A stretch of 63,082 nucleotides of DNA, the filler included, from Globobulimina sp. (taxonomy: Eukaryota): NCBI GenBank assembly GCA_003354225.1. It is 23 parts of 23 records of this genome, joined end to end, with 100 filler letters (N's around TTAATTAATTAA, not from the genome) between each part and the next. Parts side by side here need not be neighbours in the genome. Positions count along the whole stretch, not along the records: positions 8,248 to 10,896 come from PIVH01005534.1; positions 10,997 to 13,644 come from PIVH01005535.1; positions 13,745 to 16,392 come from PIVH01005536.1; positions 16,493 to 19,140 come from PIVH01005537.1; positions 19,241 to 21,888 come from PIVH01005538.1; 18 more parts are not named here. One strand, written 5' to 3'. The notes below the pieces were generated by a model that was given only the letters and a program-made list of their open reading frames with translations, did no database searches and was not told where the DNA came from. Position numbers and translations under genes: made by a program. Shown here one piece after another: positions 8,701 to 19,966 of the stretch. Numbering within the stretch: position 1 is the stretch's first letter; each line of letters begins with the position of its first letter.

Positions 8701-10833
8701 TTATACATTATGTTTAACATCATCATCATCGAATGCATCATCGTCAAATTCATCATCAATCTCCATATTATTATTTCCATTATCTCCATTATCAAATGAC
8801 TTGACACTCTCCGTGACCCAATTTGACGAAATCCATTCAATTTCAAATCTCTTCTTTGCAGACGAAATAGCTAATTTATAGGACACAGATGACGGAAGAC
8901 ACAGCGCGGCCCCTTTTATCACGCGCTTCTCCTCATTTTTATAAAAAGTCAATGCCACCACAACATCATCCTCATTCCCTTTCAAATCGTCACTCTCCTT
9001 CTTGGCATACAACATTTTAAATTGTCTCCGTTCCATCCATTCAATACACACAGTCACAAAATCCTTATGTTTGATCGGCTTCATTGCGCGGATCCACTCC
9101 TTCTCACTGCCCCGATATATCTTACCATTGCCGGCAAACAGGCCATAGCCACACGAATACATATTAAATGCACGCGGCAACACTTGATTTGGTGGCATTT
9201 TATCCACATTCACCACTCCGATGATAACATCCATGTATTCAATCTCAAAGCTTTCCTTTTTGATTTCCACTTCTTTTTTATGCGCATCGCTCTCCTCATT
9301 TGCAGCCGCATTCACATCCGTTTCCAATTCAATTTGTTTCCGGTCCAATAGTCGCAATCTCCACTCATATTTCCGTGGATATTTATCGCGCAAAATGTCA
9401 AAAACAACAGGTTTTATACCATACATATTCTTCCACACAGCGTTGTCTTTGGCGCTGCGTTTGATAGTAATCAGATCGTTTCTTTTCGAGGTCCAACAGG
9501 AACGAAAACAATCCCAATCCCACCGATCAAATATCGCGTAATATAAGTTAAAAAAATCAAAAAATTTGCGTGGTAAAAAAATATTGCTCCGCCCGCTGCG
9601 AATGTAACCGATGATTAATAGGTTGCGTAGGTTGTTTTCTTTGGTTTTGTCGTAGGGTTTGGTGTCGCGGTTACGTTTGCGGCGCATTCCACCGCCAAAA
9701 CTATGACCGCTGTGCGTATGGACCGCCCCCATATTGCCCCGCATGCCCATTCCACCCATACCGCCCATATCATGTCCACGCATGCTTAGTATACACATAT
9801 TTAGCAGTGGACAAAGGGTGTATTTACGTATATGATACATACCCAAACATGCCACCTAACATTTGCTCCATACCACCGCCCATCATTCCCCTCCGACCCA
9901 TGCCATGTTGCATATCCATGCCACCCATACCACCCATACCTTGTTGTTGTGACCACGACGCACCGCCACCATGGCCATGCTGATGCTGATGATGTTGCTG
10001 TTGGTGTTGTTGCATGTCATCATCAGAGTCGTCACCTTTCATGAATGCATAGTTGCCATTGGTCTCATCATCCGATTGTTTTATATATTCGTCGTTGTCT
10101 TGCTGACAAGCGTCGCATTCATTGGTCCCGATGGGATTATGCAATGTACAGCGCTGACATTCCCAGAAGTCATTGCTTGGCTCGTCCCACAGAGTGCTAT
10201 CAAATATCTTGACGCTCATTGTATACGTATCCTGTTTGCACATACAACATTTCATTGCAAATTTGGTCAATGTCCATGATAATTCTATGTGTTTTACCAT
10301 TTTTCAGTTTCAAACTGGAAAAAATAACACTGCAACACTCAAAAATGGATTTCAGTTTGAAATGGTAAATCTTTTCAGTTTCAAACTGAAAAAAAAAGTG
10401 TGTGGTTTGATACATTTTGAGTGAAAATGTGAATTATTTTTGTTAATGTGCATGCGCTTAGTTCTTAACTGTTTGTTGCTTCACAATTAGAACATGTCCA
10501 ACATTGAATATCCACAGATTTTTGTCGTGACATAGTTGCTTTTGGTGAGACAATATTGCCATCTTTATCCAATTCATATTCATCAGAATCTTCTAATTTC
10601 TCTTGTATAGGGATTCGATACTGATGGTCTGTCACATCAACATCGTCATCATCGCCCCATCCATTCCCACCATCATCAAAGCCGTCGTTATCGCCAAAAT
10701 CTGCATCTTCAAAGTCTTCATCAGCTTCATCGGCAAAATCTCCATCTGCGTCATCTTCGAAACCTGCATTGTCGTCCTCATCGTAGGAATTATCGGTGTA
10801 TTCATCTTCGTATTGTTCCTCGTCATCCGCCAT
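8701..10833 (-). CDS. Acidic N-terminus / two RanBP2-like Zn fingers / Gly-Met-His low-complexity / SPRY-like protein (3 exons; introns 10285-10469 and 9785-9842)
   Basis: Splicing joins three ORF-track entries. It restores WTCSNC..N..KCCMC and FG-MRGHD. Also contains WECQRCTLHN...CDAC and a SPRY-like IIGVV...YGLFAGNGKIY...LTFYKN. Confidence 0.72.
10293..10423. repeat. Palindrome/inverted-repeat cluster (MITE-like) inside an intron
   Basis: Two copies of the hairpin TTTTCAGTTTCAAACTG(G)AAAA. Inverted pair CACTCAAAA(A)TG at 10336 and CATTTTGAGTG ending at 10423. Confidence 0.55.
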
Positions 10834-11054
10834 CTTTGTGTTGTTTGTGTGCTGTTTTCCGAAGGACTTAGCTTACTTCAAGAAAACTCTTATTTANNNN
10901 NNNNNNNNNNNNNNNNNNNNNNNNNNNNNNNNNNNNNNNNTTAATTAATTAANNNNNNNNNNNNNNNNNNNNNNNNNNNNNNNNNNNNNNNNNNNNGAGA
11001 TTTTTTTATATATTTAATTTGATTTGCGACTATATAGTTATATGTTTTTTGTAG

Positions 11055-11827
11055 GTGGTAAGAATGCAGTCATTATTGATGACACTGCTGATTTGGATTT
11101 GGCTGCGAAACAGGTTCTGAATGCCAGGGTAATTAACTGTGGCCAACAATGTATATCGCCGGATTATGTACTTTGTTATGAAAGTGTGGTGGATGAATTC
11201 ATTGATAAATGTATAAAATATGCGCGTAAATGGTATAAAATGGGTGCTGATTTGACTGAGGATTTAGGTTTGAATCAAGGTAAAATGATAAATGGTAAAC
11301 AGTTAGAAAGAGTAAAAAAAATGTTAGAATCAACCAATGGAAATATAGTTTTTGGTGGGAAATCTGATGAAAAAACATTAATGTTTGAACCGACTATCGT
11401 TAAATTGAAAAATATAAATTATATCCAACACGAAGCAACAATGAAATCCGAAACATTTGGCCCGATATTATGGATTGTGCCAATTAATAACAATATTAAA
11501 GAGGCAGTAAATTATATTAATGGAAATCAAGCAAAATCATTAACATTGTATTTATTTTCAAAAAGTAAGAAAAATCAGAGTTATGTGGTGCATAATACCT
11601 CATCAGGCGGATTACAAATAAATGGCACATTGACATATGGTGCACATAGTCATGCAAGATTTGGAGGGATTGGCAAAAGTGGAATGGGATGTTATCACGG
11701 AAAATATTCATTTGATGCGTTTACGCATAAAAAAGCAGTCATACAATCATATTTTGAAAGTGGTGCAACGTATCCACCATATACTAGTGTCTGGAAATCG
11801 AAATTACTCAAACGTGCTATCCTTTGA
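11055..11827 (+). CDS. Aldehyde dehydrogenase (ALDH3-like), 3' exon
   Basis: GKNAVII after an AG acceptor, NCGQQCISPDY catalytic Cys, ETFGPIL, FGGIGKSGMGCYHGKYSFDAFTH. Confidence 0.92.
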
Positions 11828-11916
11828 CACCATAATTTGAGTAAAAAATTAACATAATTTAACATAGTTTTAATTACTATAATATGTGCGACTAAAAGTT
11901 CTACTACAAACTAACA

Positions 11917-13377
11917 ATGGCATCAAAGGTGTATAATAAAGAATATATTAAAGGAATTGAATTGTTAAACAGAAATTGGAATGTTGGAGATGAAATTGTG
12001 TTCAATTCAGATCCCGAAGATATTGGTAACGAATACCTGCATTTAAATTATGGTAAAATAAGAAATATCATTCTGAAGAATTGCAATAAAAATAAAGAAA
12101 TGATACATATCCATTTACCATATGGCAAAATAAGCATACCTTTGAACAGCATAACGCTACAATTCATTCCTAAAACTACTAATAACAAACATGACGATGA
12201 TGACATTGACATTGATCTCTTTAAAATCAAAAGATTTTTTGTTTATGGCACATTACGTGACGACAACGTAAATAATATGTCAATTTACACTAAAAATTGG
12301 ATCACAAAATGTAAAGCAGAAAGCGGCCGATTATATAAATTTAAATTGTTCAAAGAACGTTATGAAGATTATCCATTTGCTGTGAAAACAGGAAATAACA
12401 ATGATTACATCAATGGGCGTATAATATCGTTTGCGTATAATATTAATCACAATCTCTTTGCAACAAAGCTAGAAATTGCGGATCGAATGGAAGGATTTAT
12501 CAATGGCAAAATAGATAATTTATATGTACGCGATATTGTCGATGTGTTGAATGATTCCGGCGATATGATTCCAGCCATTGCATATTATAAAAACGTATCT
12601 ATTGAAGACATAATTCACTGTAAGCTGTATGATGAAATACCGTTTGGTGATTGGTTGAAACGGGACAGATCCAGAGATTTAAGCGAATATAACCCATCAG
12701 CTCCAATGTTACAAATGTTATCGGAAATGATGCGGAAATCCAAAGTGAATGACGAATTGATTGATTCTTTACCGTTACCACCGGAAGAATTGGAGGAGAA
12801 AAAAAGTGATCATGACACGAGTACTGATGATGAGCTCGAGATGGAATGGGAATATTTTAGGATAAGTGGTGATAATATTGCAATTATGAATGATTGTACA
12901 ACGATTAAAAAGTTTAGAAGTGGCATACATACTGCTTATGGCAAGTATATTATACGCTGTCCGAATAATTATTTATATAAATGGACATTTAAAATTATAA
13001 ATCAGCATGGAAATATTCAAAAAAAATGCCATGGTGTGTTAGCCATAGGAATTGCTTCCAAAATAATCATGCATTTAAATCAATGTTTTTATCAATATGA
13101 AGAATTTGAGAATTATGCGTATAATGTGTTTAATGGATATAAAGTGAGTCAAAATATGTTTGAACAATATGCGATTCGATCTAAAATAAATGATGTTATT
13201 GAAATGGAATTGAATATGAAAAAATGTACTTTGAGTTATTATGTTAATGGGACATATCAAGGTGTTGCTTTTGATGATGTTATAAACAATAAAAATATAA
13301 GCTATCAAATGGCAGTTTCATTGGAGAAACATAAGGATGAGATTAGTTTGCTAAATTTTGAAATAATACAACAATGA
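11917..13377 (+). CDS. Gamma-glutamylcyclotransferase (AIG2-like) + SPRY-like domain protein
   Basis: FFVYGTLR, ADRMEG, LYVR and GDWLKR mark the GGCT domain. YKWTFKI..IGIA..DVIEMELN..TLSYYVNG..GVAF marks the SPRY domain. Confidence 0.8.
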   Translation: MASKVYNKEYIKGIELLNRNWNVGDEIVFNSDPEDIGNEYLHLNYGKIRNIILKNCNKNKEMIHIHLPYGKISIPLNSITLQFIPKTTNNKHDDDDIDIDLFKIKRFFVYGTLRDDNVNNMSIYTKNWITKCKAESGRLYKFKLFKERYEDYPFAVKTGNNNDYINGRIISFAYNINHNLFATKLEIADRMEGFINGKIDNLYVRDIVDVLNDSGDMIPAIAYYKNVSIEDIIHCKLYDEIPFGDWLKRDRSRDLSEYNPSAPMLQMLSEMMRKSKVNDELIDSLPLPPEELEEKKSDHDTSTDDELEMEWEYFRISGDNIAIMNDCTTIKKFRSGIHTAYGKYIIRCPNNYLYKWTFKIINQHGNIQKKCHGVLAIGIASKIIMHLNQCFYQYEEFENYAYNVFNGYKVSQNMFEQYAIRSKINDVIEMELNMKKCTLSYYVNGTYQGVAFDDVINNKNISYQMAVSLEKHKDEISLLNFEIIQQ

Positions 13378-13744
13378 CTAGCTCGCGAGACATATTGTTT
13401 GCTGGTTCAATGGTTTTGTTTGTGCACCGCCCTTTTATGTAAACGATTTGTTCGAATTCCTGCAGATAACTCACAGAAGTCATCACAAAATAAATATGGA
13501 ATGTAAAATGACAAAATATTCAACAATGAATGAAAAAGAATTTCATGTGATATCAATCAAACAATTTCGACTCAATTTTACAAGATTTATAGTCGGTTCG
13601 TAATTTTAACCATTGTTTTAATTCATTTTTGGGAATTTTCTACANNNNNNNNNNNNNNNNNNNNNNNNNNNNNNNNNNNNNNNNNNNNTTAATTAATTAA
13701 NNNNNNNNNNNNNNNNNNNNNNNNNNNNNNNNNNNNNNNNNNNN

Positions 13745-14138
13745 GCCATATTTATAGCAATAATTGCAAATACGAAATATTTCTAATGAGCGTTCTTCTT
13801 CATTATCAATTTCGGGATAAAGTGGAAAATTGTCATCAAAATCAGATAATGTGAAATCTATATTTGTACTCAACCTGTTATTTATAGTCAACGTGTTATA
13901 GATGTTATAGACGTACAGTACCTGCTGCATCGGAGGTCATCTCTGCATTTAAGTCATCTTCATCCATTCCTATAGATTTATAGATTGTGAGTACCGGCAT
14001 GATTTTTCACGATATAAACATGAAATACGTTGGTCACATACCGCTATCTTCAAGCACTACACTGAATGTATTGTCATATTTCTGTTTAAATGTGGCGTAA
14101 TATATTTTTAATCCTTTTTCGAGCTTAAGAAGTGACAT
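13745..14138 (-). CDS. Uncharacterised acidic-domain protein (3 exons; introns 13970-14041 and 13858-13921), 3' truncated
   Basis: Spliced product MSLLKLEKGLKIYY...FSVVLEDSGMDEDDLNAEM...DFDDNFP...EIFRICNYCYKYG aligns with the ORF at 54381. Confidence 0.72.
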
Positions 14139-14198
14139 TGAAAAGCCTGCCTTATCGCAGTTTTCTAGTGAACATGGAATTAAAGGACATTTAAATAT

Positions 14199-14684
14199 TC
14201 AGTCACGGAGACAGTCAAGAATAGGAACATTATTTACCTTCAAAGCTTGTGTCGCAATTTCTAAATCAATATCGGCATTTAATGCTCCAGTTACGACAAA
14301 TATAACTTTTTGTCCATCCACTTTACAAACCACAGCTCCTTTCGCGGGCAGACCTGCTCTACAACACAGCCATGGAATTAAATGGCAACATAATATCTTG
14401 AGGACGTTCGAAGTCGTGTTTGAATTTGAATTATGTTTGTATACTGCGGTCGCTTTTCCTTCAGCTGTACGTTTCAATAAAGCAGGACTTCCTGGAATCT
14501 CATCAAAGCAAATCATCTTTGCTTCTTCATCAAAGAAAACAAATCTCATCTTCTTCTCCTTTTTTGCCTTTGCCATTAGTTTTGCAGTTTGAAAAACTTT
14601 GTACATTTCTACAATTATTAATGGTTGCATGCACTTGAAAAGCAGTAATTCGCAAAAATAGCAATTATGACAGTTATGAGACAA
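14199..14684 (-). CDS. GlcG/HbpS-like (haem-binding) domain protein; start uncertain
   Basis: AEGKATA and LPAKGAVVCKVDGQKVIFVVTGALNADIDLEIATQAL resemble the A..KA.TA and GG.P...DG...GVSG..D...A motifs. Confidence 0.55.
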   Translation of the reverse strand: MSHNCHNCYFCELLLFKCMQPLIIVEMYKVFQTAKLMAKAKKEKKMRFVFFDEEAKMICFDEIPGSPALLKRTAEGKATAVYKHNSNSNTTSNVLKILCCHLIPWLCCRAGLPAKGAVVCKVDGQKVIFVVTGALNADIDLEIATQALKVNNVPILDCLRD

Positions 14685-14752
14685 ATATACTTATTTATAA
14701 ATATAGCTTGACAAAAATAGAGAAAAGTGCAGACAATCCAAAATCTTGAAGA

Positions 14753-16246
14753 ATGTCGCAGCACAACGGTATCTTTGTGGAGTGTTTAGCAAAAAATGCA
14801 AAAGCACAGTGGGGATTAAATCAATTATTGTACTATCCGAGAGAAAATTGTTTATTATTTATCAACGAAGCGTTTGGACACAAAAGTGAATTCCATAACG
14901 CATGGATCTATAAATATGATTTAGAAACAAAAATATTTGGAGTGTTTATGGTATATCCATCGGCATCACAACAAGTCAAAGGAACTGGCTTTCAAAGTGC
15001 AATAAATTTAGAAACCGATGAATTATACGTTGTTGGCCCAGAATCATTTGTAATAAATTTAAGACAGAAACAGATGGTTTTGGATCTCCGGAATGATAAT
15101 GAATTTTTTATTCGTTATCCTCAAGTAATATGGATGCAGTCCATCAACAAAATCCAAGCAACCGCAACGGGATCGGTTCACTATCAATCTGGCGATGGAT
15201 CCATTGCTTATACAACCAATCACATTGAATTTGATGCAGAACGAGGTGCTTTTTTTCCAATTGGCGCAGTAAATGGAGCAAATGCGTCATCCTTAATTTT
15301 TATTGAAACAATGAGCAAATTGTTTTTATTTGGTGGGAATAGATCCGATTCAGTATGGAGCTGTGATGTAATTGAAGATAAGCCGTACATTTGGACGCTA
15401 TTAAACCTTAAATTGCCGACACCTGATGACTTCAACAAAATGTTTGTAAATGTGTTTGATACAGTTATTATTTGTAAAAGTGAGGATGACTCGACAAACA
15501 AGATTAGAATTTGGATATTAGATTTGTTAGACGCTGGTAATGGTTGGTATGAATGTGTGAATACGCACATATATAGCAATGGGTGGGGTAGCATGGTTGT
15601 AGCTGCTGACGGTTTTTTATATTTTGCAGTGAACTACAAAAGTTTCTCGCAGTTTTATAGGCTCAATGTTTATGATATTGTGCCGAAACCAATGTATGAG
15701 AAATACAAAAAAATGTATGTGAGTTTACTGGATGGTTATTACAGACAGGTTTATGATGATAATGATAAAGCACTGGCAACATCAGACATGTTATTGCCAC
15801 AAAGTGTGTCTACATTTGTAATACGACTCACATTTGGATTTATTATCAGTGAGGCCAATGATAAAAGAAATAATAAGAGACATATTATTAATCCACCAAT
15901 AAAAAAGCCAGCAGCTGGAGATGCTCAAATCACTCCATTTACAGCACCGGCACCATTGCCAATGTCACCAACTGCGCCCTATGCCGCTTTTGGTGTTAAT
16001 TCATTGATACTAACTCCTGGTTATCTGGATTGGTATCAAGGGCAAATAGTACAATTAAACGTGTTATTACAACGACAACAATTGGAACGTAATTTATTTT
16101 ATCAACAAGAATTATTGCAAGCGATGCATCATCAACAATTGCAACAAAAATTATTACCACCAAATGAACCAATTACAAATTCAAGCACCACAACAATTGC
16201 AACAACAACAACAACCACAACAAAGCAAAGCAAAAACGACATGTAA
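14753..16246 (+). CDS. Kelch-like beta-propeller protein with Pro/Gln/Thr-rich tail
   Basis: LFLFGG..SDSVW, IWILDL..W and YKYD..T repeats. Low-complexity C-terminus. Confidence 0.65.
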   Translation: MSQHNGIFVECLAKNAKAQWGLNQLLYYPRENCLLFINEAFGHKSEFHNAWIYKYDLETKIFGVFMVYPSASQQVKGTGFQSAINLETDELYVVGPESFVINLRQKQMVLDLRNDNEFFIRYPQVIWMQSINKIQATATGSVHYQSGDGSIAYTTNHIEFDAERGAFFPIGAVNGANASSLIFIETMSKLFLFGGNRSDSVWSCDVIEDKPYIWTLLNLKLPTPDDFNKMFVNVFDTVIICKSEDDSTNKIRIWILDLLDAGNGWYECVNTHIYSNGWGSMVVAADGFLYFAVNYKSFSQFYRLNVYDIVPKPMYEKYKKMYVSLLDGYYRQVYDDNDKALATSDMLLPQSVSTFVIRLTFGFIISEANDKRNNKRHIINPPIKKPAAGDAQITPFTAPAPLPMSPTAPYAAFGVNSLILTPGYLDWYQGQIVQLNVLLQRQQLERNLFYQQELLQAMHHQQLQQKLLPPNEPITNSSTTTIATTTTTTTKQSKNDM

Positions 16247-16492
16247 GAAATATTTGTTGATATCATATGCCTCTGCATAAAATTCAGAGTGCCTGGCTTT
16301 TTTGTTGATACTGATTGGTTGACTATTGTACAGAAATGTTTTTGATTTTTTTATTATTTGCGTTCAATCCATCTGTTGTTCCATAACTTTCANNNNNNNN
16401 NNNNNNNNNNNNNNNNNNNNNNNNNNNNNNNNNNNNTTAATTAATTAANNNNNNNNNNNNNNNNNNNNNNNNNNNNNNNNNNNNNNNNNNNN

Positions 16493-16760
16493 TGGCGCTT
16501 TAAAAGGATATTCTGCGGGCAATATAAACTTGCCATGGTATTTGCCACCTAAATTATAATTATGTCGTCATTGGTATACTGAGTGATGTGTATAAAAGTT
16601 GCATACCTTCAAACTCTGTTTTATCTGCACCTTTAATGGTAAAATGCCATTCAAATAGATTGTCTTCCAATGGTGCTGCTATAATAAAATTAGATGGGTT
16701 TTTCCTCAAGTCTTTGCATTCCTGCATGATACGTTTAATGGCTGGGCTGGACGCTGACAT
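16493..16760 (-). CDS. UBE2J1: Ubiquitin-conjugating enzyme E2 J1-type, 5' part (intron 16549-16606)
   Basis: SPAIKRIMQE..APLEDNLFEWHFTIKG..TEFEG|GKYHGKFILPAEYPFKAP. Confidence 0.9.
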
Positions 16761-17050
16761 GGTGGAACAGTTTAAATTAAGGTTTTTTCCGTCGGTATTT
16801 TTAGCATTTTTATATATTTGTCGACGAAAATAATGGTAGCTGCTATTCATAATTATATTCAAATATAACATCAAATTGGGATGAGAAAAAGTACCAATTT
16901 CCTTTATATTTAGTTAAAAAAAACTCGGTAAAAACTTTTTGTCTGTTGTGGTTGAAATCATTCTCTGTTTCTCGTTTAAGTAAAATAGATTGAATTATAA
17001 ATGGACTCTAATAGAAGATATGGATGGAAAACTCATAATTTTGTCGTTTA

Positions 17051-18847
17051 GTGTTCTATTTGACACAGCAGTACATAACAAACGCGATGTACACACAGTT
17101 CGATAACAATCTAAATAAATACGTCGAGAAACAATCACAACATCGAACAAACAGATTTGTTGACTTTAATACTGCGCCAGTCAATAACAACGTATATTCC
17201 TCCTCTCGTAATACAGAATGTATTGCTGTTGGAAACCATGTAAATAAACACCAACAGAATCGGCCTGTATCACAACCAAAAATTGTAAAACATAAAGCAA
17301 TTCAAAACAAAGATAAAAGGCGACGGGCAAAGAAAAAGGCAAAATCGAAACCACTCACAGTCTCAATGCATCAAAATAATAAATTAAATAATTCCACTCT
17401 AAACATACAAGTTCCATCGCACAATGAATATATTATATTAACCCACCATTATATCACACTTATTTTATGTAATTGGCACAGAATATACAAATATAAACCA
17501 AGTGCATCGGTTATGTCCTATTTAATGACATATACAATTAAAAGTTAATTTGCTGCTTTCACAAAAACAGAAACATAATATATATACATAGGATTTGAAT
17601 TTGATGAATTTCATCCATTAATACAAACGTGGCTTAATTATAATATGGATGATGATATATCGATGGACAGTACACAAACAACACCAAAAACGCCTATACA
17701 ACAAAAACATATTTCCGCATCGATGCCAATCCAATTAATAAAATCACAAACAAGCGACAATGACGTAGACGAAGTACAATGTTTATCTGAAGACTCGTTA
17801 TCTATTTCAACCAATGATGTACCATTTATACCCTATGCATTGTTAACACCCTCTGTATCTGCATCTGTCTCTGTCTCCGTATCAGTGTCAGCTGCACAGT
17901 CTGAAGCAGCACCCGTTTGCATGCCAAAAATGTCAAAACATCATAATAATTACCAATGTACGGCTTCACTCCCAAATGTTAAATGGAGCACAATCTTCTT
18001 TGGACCTATTCTTAATTCAAATTTGTTGCATAAAAATACCTATGTTTGCAATGTAAAAATTAATAAATTAGGCTATGGCTTCGGATTTGCATTCTTTGGT
18101 CATAATGATGGGCAGAATGATAATGATAATGACATATATTATAATGGCAGCAAATTAAATACAATGATACAAGATAAATACCAGGGATATCCGGATAAAA
18201 TTGAGAATTGTTTTGTTGTTTATGATGACGGGGAATTTTGCGACTGGGACAATACACAAAATAATAATAATAAGCACAATGTCAATGATTTGCCGGATGG
18301 ATATGCAAATAATTCGGCTGCGGTTAAATTAATATCAAAATTAAGCAAAGTTGAATTGAAAACAACCAAATCCAAACAATTTTCATTGTCACCGTCCATT
18401 ACACCAACCACCAATTTAGCAGTTCGTAGCGATGAGGAAAATAATAAAACAAAATCAAGCAAGAAAGTGCTGACTCGTTCGAAATCAAAAAAAGATTTTT
18501 ATGCAAACGCAAAACAGAAACGAGTGCCGCTTCCACGGTCAAAATCCGATGCCGATCGTTTCGCGAATATTACAAATACATCGCATACAAGAAAAAAATA
18601 TAATAATTTGTATGGGAGACGACCCAAAAATAGATCCAAAGCAAAACGTATAACTGAAAAATTTGGGTTTGATGAAAAAACAGATATTATACAGATATCA
18701 CTTGATTTATACCATAAAAAAATATCAATTCATAACATTAATAATCATCGATGCATTGTGATAAAAAATTTTAATTATGACTTAATGCGCATGGCCTTTG
18801 TTTTACGATATTCAAATATCACTGTCATTGATCAGAAATGGGTCTAA
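17051..18847 (+). CDS. Hypothetical multi-exon protein with low-complexity regions and a split SPRY-like C-terminal domain
   Basis: Two long ORFs on the same strand. YVCNVKI..FGFAF...DIIQISLDL...RMAFVL pattern. Exon boundaries not resolved. Confidence 0.45.
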
Positions 18848-19240
18848 CAAAATATTTTAATAATTTAGTAATAGTTTATATTGTTAATGTGTATTTGTAT
18901 TTTTTTCGATAGCATATTTACGTATTCTTTCAGTCACATTTTGTGTGTATATTTTTTGTGTGATTCGCGATTTTTGTGTGTTTGCCAATTTGTGGACACT
19001 CTTTGTTTTGTTTTGTAGTGTTTGAGTCGACATAAATGGGCATATGTTCATAAATGTAACTCTGTCCCGATGATGATAATTAAGTAATAATTTTTTTATC
19101 TTCATTCGTATTTTTTCTTTTTTCTGAATCTTTTTTTAAANNNNNNNNNNNNNNNNNNNNNNNNNNNNNNNNNNNNNNNNNNNNTTAATTAATTAANNNN
19201 NNNNNNNNNNNNNNNNNNNNNNNNNNNNNNNNNNNNNNNN

Positions 19241-19655
19241 TGCAGAGTGTGACTTGGGATGATGTCGTGGTTGAGTCGCTGTGTTGGGGCTGGATCGATG
19301 GCATAAAGAAGTCAATCGATGACAAAGCCTATTTGCAACGGATCACACCGAGAAAACAACAAAGCAATTGGTCGAAACGTAATAGAGAACATGTGGAGCG
19401 TTTAATAGATGAGGGCCGGATGACAGAGTCAGGACTTGTGCATGTTCATGCTGCTAAAGCTGACGGCCGGTGGGAGAATGCCTATTCAGCAAGTGAAATG
19501 AAAGTACCAGAGGATTTCCTCGCTGCACTGGATAGCAAGCCTAAGGCGAAACTGTTTTTTGAAACACTCACTAAATCGAGTCGTTATGTCATCGCACATG
19601 GACTGATTAGTGCTAAGAAACCCGAAACCAGACTCAGACGATTTACAAAGTACAT
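19241..19655 (+). CDS. Bacterial YdeI/OmpD-associated family protein fragment
   Basis: VVESLCWGWIDG, RITPRK..SNWSKRN, GRMTESGL, DGRWENAY, VPEDF, AKKPETRLRR. Higher GC than the flanks and no introns. Confidence 0.9.
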
Positions 19656-19820
19656 GGGGAAAATCCATGGGAATGTGATGAATGCGAAGCAAAATTTAGA
19701 TTGAAAAGAATGTTAAAAAAACATAAAGAATCAATTCATCAAAATAACTCTGATGTAAACATGTCGAGCGATCCAGATAAAGACTCAAATGAAGATAAAG
19801 ATACACTCAACTGGGAATAA
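19653..19820 (+). CDS. 3' end of a eukaryotic C2H2 zinc-finger gene (not in ORF track)
   Basis: Alternative frame reads HGENPWECDECEAKFRLKRMLKKHKESIHQ...NWE*. Confidence 0.8.
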   Translation, partial: HGENPWECDECEAKFRLKRMLKKHKESIHQNNSDVNMSSDPDKDSNEDKDTLNWE

Positions 19821-19966
19821 AATAATTTCGTGCATTCACATTCTATTTATTGTATCAAATTTCTGTCTATAATTATATTTAAAGTTCGTGTTAAGGCTAA
19901 AATCGCAAATAAGCATTCTGTGCAGTGTAGCGAGTGTGCAAAATATTAAATTAAATATTATCGAAG

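Noticed and set aside
14036-14201. Apparent TGA readthrough or alternative genetic code after the GlcG-like ORF
   Set aside because: The downstream open frame is explained by a separate spliced gene starting at 14138. Other genes use TGA as stop and TGG for Trp.
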